NCBI GenBank assembly: GCA_963835655.1
Contig: CAWIGJ010000003.1
Span: forward strand, 305,016 to 369,015
DNA length: 64,000 bases
Origin: an uncultured Chloroflexia bacterium
Lineage (GTDB): Bacteria > Chloroflexota > Dehalococcoidia > DSTF01 > JALHUB01
Direction of reading: 5' to 3'
Part shown: piece by piece, positions 1 through 8,830 of the stretch
How positions within the stretch are numbered: position 1 is the stretch's first letter
Layout of the letters: each line of letters starts with the position of its first letter
The notes under the pieces: generated by a model
What the model was told of the DNA's origin: nothing
What the model saw: the letters and a program-made list of their open reading frames with translations, nothing else
The model's database searches: none
Translations under genes and position numbers: made by a program

Positions 1-110
1 TTATCCTCGGCAGCGGTGATGCCGTGCCCTTCGGCACGCCGCCCGAGAACGTGCGGGCTGCGGCAGCCGCTGCGGCGCGATTCCGGGTCGACTGATCCGG
101 CAAGGGAAAT

Positions 111-1070
111 ATGCAGGGCTATATCATCCGCAGGCTAGTCGCTATGGTGCCGATTCTATTCGGCGTCTCGATCCTTGTATTCGTTTCTGCGCGCATCATG
201 CCCGGCAACATCGCCCAGATGAAGGCAGGGCAAAACGCGACACCGGAGCAGGTCGCGCAGCTGGAGCACCAATACGGAATAGACAAGCCGCTGGTGGAGC
301 AATACGTAGTCTGGTTGCGCGACATCTCCCACCTCGATCTCGGCGAGTCTCTGCTCCATGACCAGCCAGTGGCAGACGAGATCGCCTCTCGTCTCCCGGT
401 CACGGCTCAGCTGCTGATTATGACAATGCTGGTTTCCGCCACGCTGGGGTTGTCGATCGGCATCCTTTCCGCGATGAACCGGGGCCGTTTCCTTGATTCC
501 ATGCTGCGCGGCGTCAGCATTCTGGGAATGTCAGTGCCCACTTTCTGGGTCGCGACGCTGGTAATTCTGCTTCCTTCGATCTGGTTCTCGTATGCGCCGC
601 CATTCGCTAATGTCAGCTTCTTCCAGGACCCCTGGGATAACCTGCGAGAATATGGCCCGCCGGCGCTGGTGCTTGGCTTCGCCTCCGGCTGCGGGCTGGC
701 GCGAATCGTTCGCGGCTCCATCCTGGGGGTGCTCGGTCAGGACTTTCTGCGTACCGCGCGAGCGAAGGGATTATCCGAATCGGTGGTCATCCGGCGTCAT
801 GCCCTCGGCAACGTCATGATGCCGATCATCACCGTTCTTGGAATGGAAGCCGTCGGCCTTCTCGGCGGCACCGTCATTATCGAGCAGGTCTTCAACCTGA
901 ATGGGCTGGGGCGTTTCCTGCTTGAATCTGCTCTCTCCAGAGATTACCCGGCGATTCAGGCGATGGCTCTCATCGTTGGCGTCGTGGTTATGGTGCTTTT
1001 CTTGTTCATTGACCTCGCTTACGCGTGGCTCGATCCACGCGTCCGGTTCACGGGGGAATCGCATGCGTAG
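111..1070 (+). CDS. ABC transporter permease, DppB/OppB-like
   Basis: 319 aa ORF, multiple TM helices, permease signature region (RTARAKGL...), followed by overlapping second permease. Confidence 0.85.
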   Translation: MQGYIIRRLVAMVPILFGVSILVFVSARIMPGNIAQMKAGQNATPEQVAQLEHQYGIDKPLVEQYVVWLRDISHLDLGESLLHDQPVADEIASRLPVTAQLLIMTMLVSATLGLSIGILSAMNRGRFLDSMLRGVSILGMSVPTFWVATLVILLPSIWFSYAPPFANVSFFQDPWDNLREYGPPALVLGFASGCGLARIVRGSILGVLGQDFLRTARAKGLSESVVIRRHALGNVMMPIITVLGMEAVGLLGGTVIIEQVFNLNGLGRFLLESALSRDYPAIQAMALIVGVVVMVLFLFIDLAYAWLDPRVRFTGESHA

Positions 1071-1962
1071 CGAAGCAATGGCGCTGGAATCGTTTAGTGA
1101 GATTCCCACGTATCACGTCGGGCTGTTGAGGCGGGTTCAGCGGCGGCTGATGGGCACGATAGGCGCTATAATACTGGGCTTTCTTATCCTGACCGCCATC
1201 ATTGGGCCCTTCCTGGTACCCTATAGCCCTCAGTCGATTGAGTTCAAGGCCTTCGAGAAACCCAGCCCCACTCATCCCTTCGGCACCGACAAGCTGGGCC
1301 GCGACGTGTTCTCGAGGGTCGTCTACGGGGCACGCATATCCCTGGGAATCGGATTCGCTGCCACCGCGATTGCCGCTATAGGCGGCACGATGGTTGGTGT
1401 GATATCCGCTTACTTCGGCGGCTGGGTAGACTACGTCGTGCAGCGGGCCACCGAAGTCGTGATGTCCTTCCCTTCCCTGATCTTGTTGATAATACTGGTG
1501 GCGGCAGTGGGCGCCTCAATAAGGAACGTCATCTTCATACTCGGCATAGGGGCCATACCGATCATGTCGCGGCTTGTGCGGTCCATTGTCCTCTCTGAAA
1601 AGGAGCAGCCGTACATCGAGGCGGCGCGCGCTCTCGGCGCCACGAACAGGCGTATTCTGTTCGTCCATATCTTGCCCTCGGCGTTGCCGCTGGCTGCGAT
1701 CCTGGCGAGTCTGAGCCTGGGAGCGATGGTCCTGGCGGAAGCGGCCCTCAGCTTCCTCGGCCTGGGCGTGCCGGTGCCCAACCCGTCCTGGGGCGCCGAC
1801 ATGAGCGGAAATGCGCGCTCTTACTTCCAGCAGGCGCCGTGGCTGGCCATCTTCCCGGGCCTCGCGATAAGCCTCACGATACTGGGCGCCAACCTTGTCG
1901 GCGAGGCTGTGCGCGATATCATCGACCCCTTCGCACAGAGCTGGGGGCGGGCCGGCAGATAA
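1063..1962 (+). CDS. ABC transporter permease, DppC/OppC-like
   Basis: ATG at 1063 overlaps stop of upstream permease by 8 nt; TM-rich protein MRSEAMALESF... with ABC permease signature (RALGATNRRILFVHILP). Confidence 0.85.
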   Translation: MRSEAMALESFSEIPTYHVGLLRRVQRRLMGTIGAIILGFLILTAIIGPFLVPYSPQSIEFKAFEKPSPTHPFGTDKLGRDVFSRVVYGARISLGIGFAATAIAAIGGTMVGVISAYFGGWVDYVVQRATEVVMSFPSLILLIILVAAVGASIRNVIFILGIGAIPIMSRLVRSIVLSEKEQPYIEAARALGATNRRILFVHILPSALPLAAILASLSLGAMVLAEAALSFLGLGVPVPNPSWGADMSGNARSYFQQAPWLAIFPGLAISLTILGANLVGEAVRDIIDPFAQSWGRAGR

Positions 1963-1973
1963 CCGGGGGGCGC

Positions 1974-3026
1974 GTGACGAGCGAAAACGGGCTGGACCTG
2001 CTTGCGGCGTATCTGCGCCCGACACCGGCGCCGGAAGGCCACACGAGCCGCGAGATTGTCCGCAGGGCGATTGAGTTCGAGAACCCGCCGCGAATCCCCT
2101 ACAGCTTTGTCAACCCCTTAGAGTCCGATTTCTTCGAGCTGGCCGTCCTGGCGCCTTCTGGAGCGGCCGGTGTGAGGCAGATCCCCAAAGGCGAGATGAT
2201 GTTCGACGAATGGGGCGTCGGCTGGCGCGGTTCCGGCAGGCTTTGGGGGCACGCGGAGGTATCGCCGCTGGCCGACCTGTCGGCACTGGCGGACTACCAT
2301 TATCCTGAGGTCATTTCATCGGAGACATGGGGACTTATGAAAGCCGTGACGGAGACGGCGGGCAAGGCAGGGAAGTATGTCGTCGGCGCCGACCCGATAA
2401 ACCTCTACGAACGGCTGCGGTCGTTGATGGGCTTCGAGAGCTTGATGACTGCCGTCTACACGGACAAGCAGCAGTTCGAAAGGCTGCTGGACCGCCTGAC
2501 CGACATGACGATCGAACTCGTGCAGGGCTATGCGGAGACCGGCAACGTGCATGCCTTCATGTCGTGGGACGACTGGGGGCTTCAAACGGGGCTCCAGATC
2601 AGGCCGGCGCAATTTCGCGAAGTCTTCAAGCCGCGTTATGGGCGCATTGTCGCAGCTTGCCACGAGCGAGGCATGCATTACATACTCCACAGTTGCGGCG
2701 TCATCTGGGACATAATCCCCGACCTGATAGACGTCGGCGCGGACGTTTTGCAGATCGATCAGCCGCGTTTGATGGGCGTGCAGCGCCTAGCAGACGAGTT
2801 CGGCGGCAAGATCTGTTTCTGGAACTGCGTCGACATCCAGTGGTCTTCCCGGCCAGAGGTGACGGCGGACGAGGCGCGACGCGAGGCAGAGGAGATGGCG
2901 AAGGCGATGGGATGCTTCAGCGGCGGCTTCATTGCCCGACAGTACCCGCAGCCGGATGACATCGAGATGCCGTCGGAGAAGCACCGCGCGATCTACGAGG
3001 GCTTCATGCAGGGCGGTTGTCGGTAG
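1974..3026 (+). CDS. Uroporphyrinogen decarboxylase (UroD/MtaA/CmuA)-family methyltransferase-like protein
   Basis: ORF 1839..3026; probable GTG start at 1974 just after permease stop; URO-D family-like sequence. Confidence 0.7.
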   Translation: MTSENGLDLLAAYLRPTPAPEGHTSREIVRRAIEFENPPRIPYSFVNPLESDFFELAVLAPSGAAGVRQIPKGEMMFDEWGVGWRGSGRLWGHAEVSPLADLSALADYHYPEVISSETWGLMKAVTETAGKAGKYVVGADPINLYERLRSLMGFESLMTAVYTDKQQFERLLDRLTDMTIELVQGYAETGNVHAFMSWDDWGLQTGLQIRPAQFREVFKPRYGRIVAACHERGMHYILHSCGVIWDIIPDLIDVGADVLQIDQPRLMGVQRLADEFGGKICFWNCVDIQWSSRPEVTADEARREAEEMAKAMGCFSGGFIARQYPQPDDIEMPSEKHRAIYEGFMQGGCR

Positions 3027-3043
3027 GTGGGATTGGAGATTGG

Positions 3044-4186
3044 TCAGGCGTAGCGGAGGACAGCCTGACGACAACGCTCCGCAAACGCGTCTATGCCGCC
3101 GGTCTTGTCGACATGGTCCTCCGGCGCCGGCATGGCGATGATGCCGAAGCCCCGATTGTGCGTCTTTGTCTGGAGAACGTGCTCTATGAACTCCTGGTTG
3201 TTCGCGAAGTGGATCTCGCCGCTGGCGTTGTTGAGGCCCATGTGAGGGATGATAGCGGTCTTGTCGTTGAACCGCTCCCAGACCGCGTCAAACGACGTCT
3301 CGGAGGCGCCGAAATTCAAGCCGCGCAGGTTATGGACCTTTTCCAGGTTATCGAACTGATGAACGAAGTTGCCGCAAGAGTGGATCGAAATCCCTCCGAA
3401 TTCCTCCGATAGCTCATTGACATAAGGAAGGCAGAACTCCCGGTAGAGCTTGGCGCTAATGACTGCGAGTCCGTCGTCGCTGATCTGAAGGCCCTGGCCG
3501 TCCGGCAGGTAAAGCGGCGGATAGTGGCAGGGAATGAATTCCGGCGAGCGCGCCTTCTGCTCCCTCACGTATTTGACGATCAGGTCGGTGACGAGGCGCA
3601 TGAGGTGGTGCACCTCTTTGGGATTGGTATACATAGCGAGCATGAAGGCACTGGAATCCCAGACGAGGTAGGCGGTGTCCAGCGGCCCCTGGAGGTCGGT
3701 CATGGCAATGGGATAGCGGCCCTTTGTTTGCTCGACGAAGTACTCTGTGAACTCGAGCATCTGGCCGAGCTGGCCGTCAGTGGGCTTGGGTGTTGGCAAC
3801 TCGTAGACCTTCTCCGGCGGGTCGTTCGCCTTGATGACCGCATGCGCCCAGGGGAGCGTGTGCTCGAAGAACTCGACTTCGCAGCCGAAGGCCGAAGCGA
3901 AGACGGAGACGCCGCCATACGGTTCGAGGTGCGGCACAAAATCATCGTCGATATTAAGCATCTCGCGCCAGTTGAGGATGTTCAGCGAAGTCTGTAGCTG
4001 CGTCACCTTATCGGTGAAGAGCTTGGGCAGGGGCTCGATTAACAGGGTGGCGGCTGTGAGCACAGGCTCTGACGGTATCAGCCATAGCGGCCGACCGATG
4101 TCTTGCAGCGACCAGAACGCCTGCCAGTTCTCGATGATCTTGGCGTATTTCGGTTCCTGCGTTACTGAGGTCACCCGGTCAACCAT
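3044..4186 (-). CDS. UroD-family protein (paralog 2), lower-GC gene
   Basis: 380 aa ORF with URO-D family-like sequence; GC content visibly lower (about 52-55%) than surrounding DNA. Confidence 0.7.
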   Translation of the reverse strand: MVDRVTSVTQEPKYAKIIENWQAFWSLQDIGRPLWLIPSEPVLTAATLLIEPLPKLFTDKVTQLQTSLNILNWREMLNIDDDFVPHLEPYGGVSVFASAFGCEVEFFEHTLPWAHAVIKANDPPEKVYELPTPKPTDGQLGQMLEFTEYFVEQTKGRYPIAMTDLQGPLDTAYLVWDSSAFMLAMYTNPKEVHHLMRLVTDLIVKYVREQKARSPEFIPCHYPPLYLPDGQGLQISDDGLAVISAKLYREFCLPYVNELSEEFGGISIHSCGNFVHQFDNLEKVHNLRGLNFGASETSFDAVWERFNDKTAIIPHMGLNNASGEIHFANNQEFIEHVLQTKTHNRGFGIIAMPAPEDHVDKTGGIDAFAERCRQAVLRYA

Positions 4187-4198
4187 GGGAACGGCTTT

Positions 4199-5365
4199 CT
4201 ACTCCACGCCGAAGCGCTCGCGGTTCCAACGGCGGCCTTCGTCGAGCATGGCGAGGTAGTTGTCTTTCGGTATGTAGTTGGCGACCGTGTTGCCGGTTCC
4301 CAGGCAGTAGCCGGTTCCGGCGACGCCGCAGACCTCCAGCACCTGACGCGTCCGGCGCCGCACGTCCTCCACGCTGCCTCTGGCCATAATATCCATGTCG
4401 ATGCCGCCGACGATGGCGATGCGTTCGCCCCAGCGCCGGTAGACTTCCTCGACGGGCATTATCTTGTCCTCGAACGACTGCTTGGCGTCGAAACCAATGT
4501 CGATGATGTCATCCATGATCTTCTCGAGGTTTCCACAGGAGTGGAGGAGGACGGGCTTGTCGTAGGCATGGGCAGCACTGACGAGACGGCGATGGTAGGG
4601 GAAGATGTGCTCGCGCAGGATTGCGGGTGAGACAAGCGTGCCGGAATAGAAGCCCATGTCGTCGCCGAGGAAGAACATGCCGACGTTTTCGAACCTCGCC
4701 GTATGCTCGACTGCTGCGATGACGGCTTCGCCCACCTTCTGAATGATCGCCTTCACCAAATCGAGCTGATCGAAGAGGGCATAGGAGAAGGACTGGAATC
4801 CCATCAGCCAGGAGGCATTCTCCAGAACGCCCGGGAGGTCGACGCAGACCTTCATGCCGGGCGGCATGACGGCGTCGAGGTACTGGACGCCGGCATAATC
4901 GATAGTTTCCGGCGTTGGCCAGGGGTAGGCCTCGAAGTCGGCCCAGGTCTGTATGGGGCCGGTTTCCTCATTCTGCCAGACGCGCTGTCCGGCGATCCAG
5001 TTCTTCTGACTCGCGGTGTCTTCGGCAAGGTTGTAGTTGTCGCGCGGGAAATCGATGCCGGGATACATGTAGACGTAGTCGTAGCCGGTCTCCAGGCAGA
5101 AGCGCAAGATCATGTCGACGACTTGCTTGCCCTTCAGGAGGCGGTCCAACGCTGGCTCCGGGTCTTCTTCTGACGGCCCCCGGACCATTGCCCGCAAGTC
5201 GACGGGAAACTTCTGGTCCAGGACCAACTCCATTGTCCCGGGGTCGGCGAAGAGTTCCGCGAAGGGAACCGGCCCAGGCGGCCCCTGCCGGAGGAGCGTC
5301 CGGCGCAGGTTGTCGAAGTTCGGTTTTTGCCGGATTTGAAGCGGGCGGTTCTCAAATGTTGTCAT
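4199..5365 (-). CDS. UroD-family protein (paralog 3)
   Basis: 388 aa ORF, URO-D family-like, tandem with 3044..4186. Confidence 0.7.
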   Translation of the reverse strand: MTTFENRPLQIRQKPNFDNLRRTLLRQGPPGPVPFAELFADPGTMELVLDQKFPVDLRAMVRGPSEEDPEPALDRLLKGKQVVDMILRFCLETGYDYVYMYPGIDFPRDNYNLAEDTASQKNWIAGQRVWQNEETGPIQTWADFEAYPWPTPETIDYAGVQYLDAVMPPGMKVCVDLPGVLENASWLMGFQSFSYALFDQLDLVKAIIQKVGEAVIAAVEHTARFENVGMFFLGDDMGFYSGTLVSPAILREHIFPYHRRLVSAAHAYDKPVLLHSCGNLEKIMDDIIDIGFDAKQSFEDKIMPVEEVYRRWGERIAIVGGIDMDIMARGSVEDVRRRTRQVLEVCGVAGTGYCLGTGNTVANYIPKDNYLAMLDEGRRWNRERFGVE

Positions 5366-5601
5366 CTTTGCCCCTTAGAACCTCAACGCCTGCAGAGTAT
5401 TTTAGTCTTGTTGCCGGGAAAAGGGAATGCCTAGCGCGATTGACCGCTCCAAGGACGGCGTCTAGATTATGATCAGTGTCGGTGGGGGAGCGGTACATTT
5501 GACGGTGTTCAAAGATTTCGCGGTAGAACTCGACGCAGAAGAGGTACGTCGTCTGATCCAGCAGCGGCGGGAGAGGCTGCCAGGACGCCTGGATCGAGGT
5601 T

Positions 5602-6168
5602 GTGGATAGGGCTGTCGAGGAAGCGAAGGCGCTCGCGCGGCCTGCTATCGCCTACGAAGTGCTCCGGGTGACGGCCGTGGAACCCGATCGTCTCATCGTC
5701 GGCGAGGGACAGGCGCTGGAAAGCCGGGTCGTTGCGTCGCTGTTCGGACGCGCGCCGGAAGTGGTTCTCATGGTCTTTACCATCGGACGTGCGCTGGAGG
5801 AGCGCGTTGTCGCGCTAGGGAACGCTGGCGATTACCCGGTCGCCTTTGCCCTGGACGCTGCGGGCTCGTTGATGCTGGGCAAGGCAGGCGAGGTTGGCTA
5901 TGAGATCATCGAGGAGATGGCGAAGGCCAGGGGCACGAAGGCGAGCATTCCACTGAATCCAGGAACAAGTCACTGGCCGATGTCCGGGCAGCGCCTGGTC
6001 GCAGAGTTGGTTAGGGCAAGCGAAATCGGCGTCGGGGCGAAGGAATCGGGCGTGTTGAGTCCGTTCAAGAGCATCGCCTTTGCGGTGGCATTGGGCGACG
6101 ACGTGCTGACGCCCGCTGAAGGATCCTCCTGTGATTATTGCGAGCGGCGCGACCTCTGCCGACTCTAG
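5602..6168 (+). CDS. Vitamin-B12-dependent methionine synthase activation-domain-like protein (C-terminal CxxC); N-terminal part apparently in another frame from ATG 5469
   Basis: Similarity to MetH activation/reactivation domain; upstream 42-codon ORF 5469..5594 (MISVGGGAVHLTVFKDFAVELDAEEVRRL...) looks like the missing N-terminus in a different frame, implying a frameshift near 5590-5602. Confidence 0.6.
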   Translation: MDRAVEEAKALARPAIAYEVLRVTAVEPDRLIVGEGQALESRVVASLFGRAPEVVLMVFTIGRALEERVVALGNAGDYPVAFALDAAGSLMLGKAGEVGYEIIEEMAKARGTKASIPLNPGTSHWPMSGQRLVAELVRASEIGVGAKESGVLSPFKSIAFAVALGDDVLTPAEGSSCDYCERRDLCRL

Positions 6169-6297
6169 TTGTAAATTCAATAACTGCGTGATAAAATAGC
6201 TCCGATTGTTAGGCTTTCCGCGTCTTCAGTGGCCGCGCAGAATCCCTCGATTCGCTCCGCACTCGATGACAAGGAAGTTGAACCAAGGAGGTCGTCG

Positions 6298-6625
6298 AGT
6301 GCCATACACCGACAGAACCCTAACGTGCGTCGATTGCGGCGCTGACTTTACGTTCTCGGCAGAGGATCAGGAGTACCACGCCAGCCGCGGCTTTACCAAT
6401 GAGCCGAAGCGCTGTCCGGCGTGTCGAGCGGCGCGGAAGGCCGAGCGGGGCGGCGGCCGAAGCGGCGGCGCAAGCTTCTCCGGCGGAGCGCGACGCCAGA
6501 TGTATCCGGCAGTTTGCGCCGACTGCGGCCAGCCCACAGAGGTCCCGTTCGAACCGAGGGGGGACCGGCCGGTCTACTGCTTCGACTGCTTCTCTCGCCG
6601 ATCGCCCAGTCGCACCCGGTTCTAG
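6298..6625 (+). CDS. Double zinc-ribbon protein (2x CxxC...CxxC)
   Basis: GTG start at 6298 preceded by AAGGAGG about 9 nt upstream; motifs CVDCG...CPAC and CADCG...CFDC. Confidence 0.55.
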
Positions 6626-6707
6626 GAACCGCACGTAGGGTAATTGTTGACGACGCCGGCGGGCAGCCGGCGCGTCAGCTAATCGTGGAGTAAAAAGGGG
6701 ATAGTAT

Positions 6708-6905
6708 TTGTTCGTAGAGCTTAGAGAAGGAGAATCGCAAGAGCACCTCCTTTCGCGCTTCCGGCAGACGATGCAGCGAAACGGGGTGCTCAGGGAGATA
6801 AAGAAGAGGCGCCACTTCATTTCCAAATCGGAGGTGAGGCGCCTGGCGAAGGCAAAAGCAACCAGAAGGGCGCGCAAGCGAGCGGCGAGAGTAGCCAGAG
6901 GCTAA
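6708..6905 (+). CDS. rpsU: 30S ribosomal protein S21
   Basis: 65 aa basic protein MFVELREGESQEHLLSRFRQTMQRNGVLREIKKRRHF... matches S21 family pattern. Confidence 0.85.
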   Translation: MFVELREGESQEHLLSRFRQTMQRNGVLREIKKRRHFISKSEVRRLAKAKATRRARKRAARVARG

Positions 6906-6955
6906 AGCCTCTCGCCGCCGGCCTGGCGCCTATTATCATTTCATCGACACGTCGC

Positions 6956-7327
6956 TCAGGCGGCGTTCGTGTCCATCTCCCAGAGCGCGAAGACGTTGCC
7001 CTCGGGGTCCCGGCAGATAGCGAACCAGCCCATCTTCGGCACGGCGCGCTTGCCTTCCAAGACCTGGCCGCCCCTGGACGTCACCTTCTTCGAGTACTCC
7101 TCGACTGATTCCACTCCGAAGTAGTCCAGAATGCCCGATGACGGCATTGTCTTCTTCATCATGCCGCCGTTGGGACCGTCCTCGCCTTCGCCGGTGTCGA
7201 TGAGCCAGTACTCCATGCCCTCTTCGCCGGCCTTTTCGATCTTCCAGTCGAAGACCCCGCGATAAAAGCCGGCCAGCTTCTCGACATCGTCGGCGGCGAT
7301 CTCGAAGTGTACGATTGATCTCCTCAC
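6956..7327 (-). CDS. VOC/glyoxalase-family protein
   Basis: 123 aa, glyoxalase/bleomycin-resistance-like fold motifs (HFEIAADD...GG...EGN). Confidence 0.7.
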   Translation of the reverse strand: MRRSIVHFEIAADDVEKLAGFYRGVFDWKIEKAGEEGMEYWLIDTGEGEDGPNGGMMKKTMPSSGILDYFGVESVEEYSKKVTSRGGQVLEGKRAVPKMGWFAICRDPEGNVFALWEMDTNAA

Positions 7328-7373
7328 GTCAGTCCTCCCCTTCCTTCTTCGCCCTCGCTGATAGCGCCCGTGT

Positions 7374-7946
7374 CTACAGGCGGCTTTCCACCACCTCGCG
7401 CTTCACGCTACGGAAGAAGGCCTCGACGTAATCGGCGCGCTTCAGCCCGTAGTCGGCCAGGAAGGCGTGCTCGAAGACGTCGAGGACGAGGATCGGCGTG
7501 CAGCCGGCGAGGTGGTTGTTCTGGTGCTCGTTGATCCACTCGTTGATGAAGGCGCCGGACTGGTTATCGCGATAGAGGATAGCCCAGCCGACACCGCGCA
7601 TGGCGCCGGTGGCCTTGAAGTCGGCCAGCCAGGCGTCGTAGCCGCCGAAATCCGGCTTGACGGCGTTCGCCAGCTTCTCCGACTGTGCCAGGTCGCCCTT
7701 GCCGCCGAGATTCTCGAAGTAGTATTCGTGGAGGCGCATGCCGTCCCACTCGAAGCCGAAACGACGCTTCAGTTCCGCGAACTCGGGGGAGGCCTGCTTT
7801 CCATCCTTGGCCATCTGGGCCAATTCATCGCGCAGCTTGTTCGTGTTGGTGACGTAGCCCTGATAGAGAGTGAAGTGGTTCCTCAGCAACGTCTCGCTGA
7901 ATCCGTCCATGCCGATGAGGTGACTGTAGTCCTTCGCCTGGTACAT
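7374..7946 (-). CDS. sodA: Fe/Mn superoxide dismutase
   Basis: Fe/Mn SOD-like motifs (HLAG...DVFEHAF, EHAYY); probable start MYQAKDY within ORF 7374..7988. Confidence 0.9.
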   Translation of the reverse strand: MYQAKDYSHLIGMDGFSETLLRNHFTLYQGYVTNTNKLRDELAQMAKDGKQASPEFAELKRRFGFEWDGMRLHEYYFENLGGKGDLAQSEKLANAVKPDFGGYDAWLADFKATGAMRGVGWAILYRDNQSGAFINEWINEHQNNHLAGCTPILVLDVFEHAFLADYGLKRADYVEAFFRSVKREVVESRL

Positions 7947-8007
7947 CAAGAGCTTCCCTCCTTCTAGGCGCCGGCGTCTTGCCGGCAAACGATAGACGTT
8001 GTTTGTC

Positions 8008-8511
8008 TCAGGCGGCTGCCCGCCGAGCGAGCCAGTCCCTGATCATGGCTGCATGAGTAGGAAAGTGGCCGGAGCCGGCCCGCCGGAAAATGCCGTTGGC
8101 CGTCTTGTCAGGGCCGAAGCGATCGTCCGGCAACTGTGCTCCGATCTGACGGAAGCGGGCGACGGCTTCGTCGAACTCCTGAAGTATCTGGGCCTTGTCT
8201 TTCCCCTGGGCTCCGGCAGCGAAGATGTCGTTCCAGTGCTGCACATCGGTCCAATCGACGCCTTCGGGCGTAGGACGCTCCCCGCGCGCCATTCGCTCGA
8301 GGCCCATCGAGAGTTGCTGATGCCAGCCGGTCAGGTGGGCGACGATTTCGCGCACGCCCCAGCGGCCATCAAGCCATTTTTCCTCGAACCGCTGCGGGTC
8401 GATCCCGTCGACGAGCGAGCGGAAGTCTCGACAGGCTTCCTCGTGCCATTGCAGTTCGTCCTGTTTCGAGGGCATCCACGCACCTCTCTGGCGCGCCCCC
8501 AGGTCAAACAC
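8008..8511 (-). CDS. ClbS/DfsB (DUF1706)-like four-helix-bundle protein
   Basis: 167 aa; pattern L.GW...L..W....P.EG..W...N resembles ClbS/DUF1706 family. Confidence 0.5.
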   Translation of the reverse strand: MFDLGARQRGAWMPSKQDELQWHEEACRDFRSLVDGIDPQRFEEKWLDGRWGVREIVAHLTGWHQQLSMGLERMARGERPTPEGVDWTDVQHWNDIFAAGAQGKDKAQILQEFDEAVARFRQIGAQLPDDRFGPDKTANGIFRRAGSGHFPTHAAMIRDWLARRAAA

Positions 8512-8570
8512 AGCGGATGTCAGGCGGCCGCGACCACCGGATGACGGCCCGTCGATGGGACGGGAACGGC

Positions 8571-8774
8571 TCAGGCGGCTTTGGCGTCGCCGGCGACCTC
8601 AGCTTCGAACAGATCAGTACGGCTGACAGGCCGCCGTTGCGCTACGGCGACGCGCCGGAACCCGCACTGCAGACAGACTACGTCCCAACTGCCAGGTGGG
8701 TCGTACTCCAGCCCGAGGTTGCCCTGACAGCGTGGGCACCTTGTGAGTCCTGCATTCAATGTCGGCTTTGTCAT
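8571..8774 (-). CDS. Small zinc-ribbon protein (CPRC...CLQCG)
   Basis: 67 aa; C4 zinc-ribbon; paralog of 10722..10994. Confidence 0.5.
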   Translation of the reverse strand: MTKPTLNAGLTRCPRCQGNLGLEYDPPGSWDVVCLQCGFRRVAVAQRRPVSRTDLFEAEVAGDAKAA

Positions 8775-8830
8775 TTAGTTTTCCTCCTTTACGGCAACGG
8801 CAAGAGCAAGTGGAGGGCTTCCCTGCCAGC

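Noticed and set aside
901-1962. ORF start at 901 for the second permease
   Set aside because: The first 54 codons overlap the 3' end of the upstream permease in another frame. A sensible ATG start at 1063 follows the first gene's stop.
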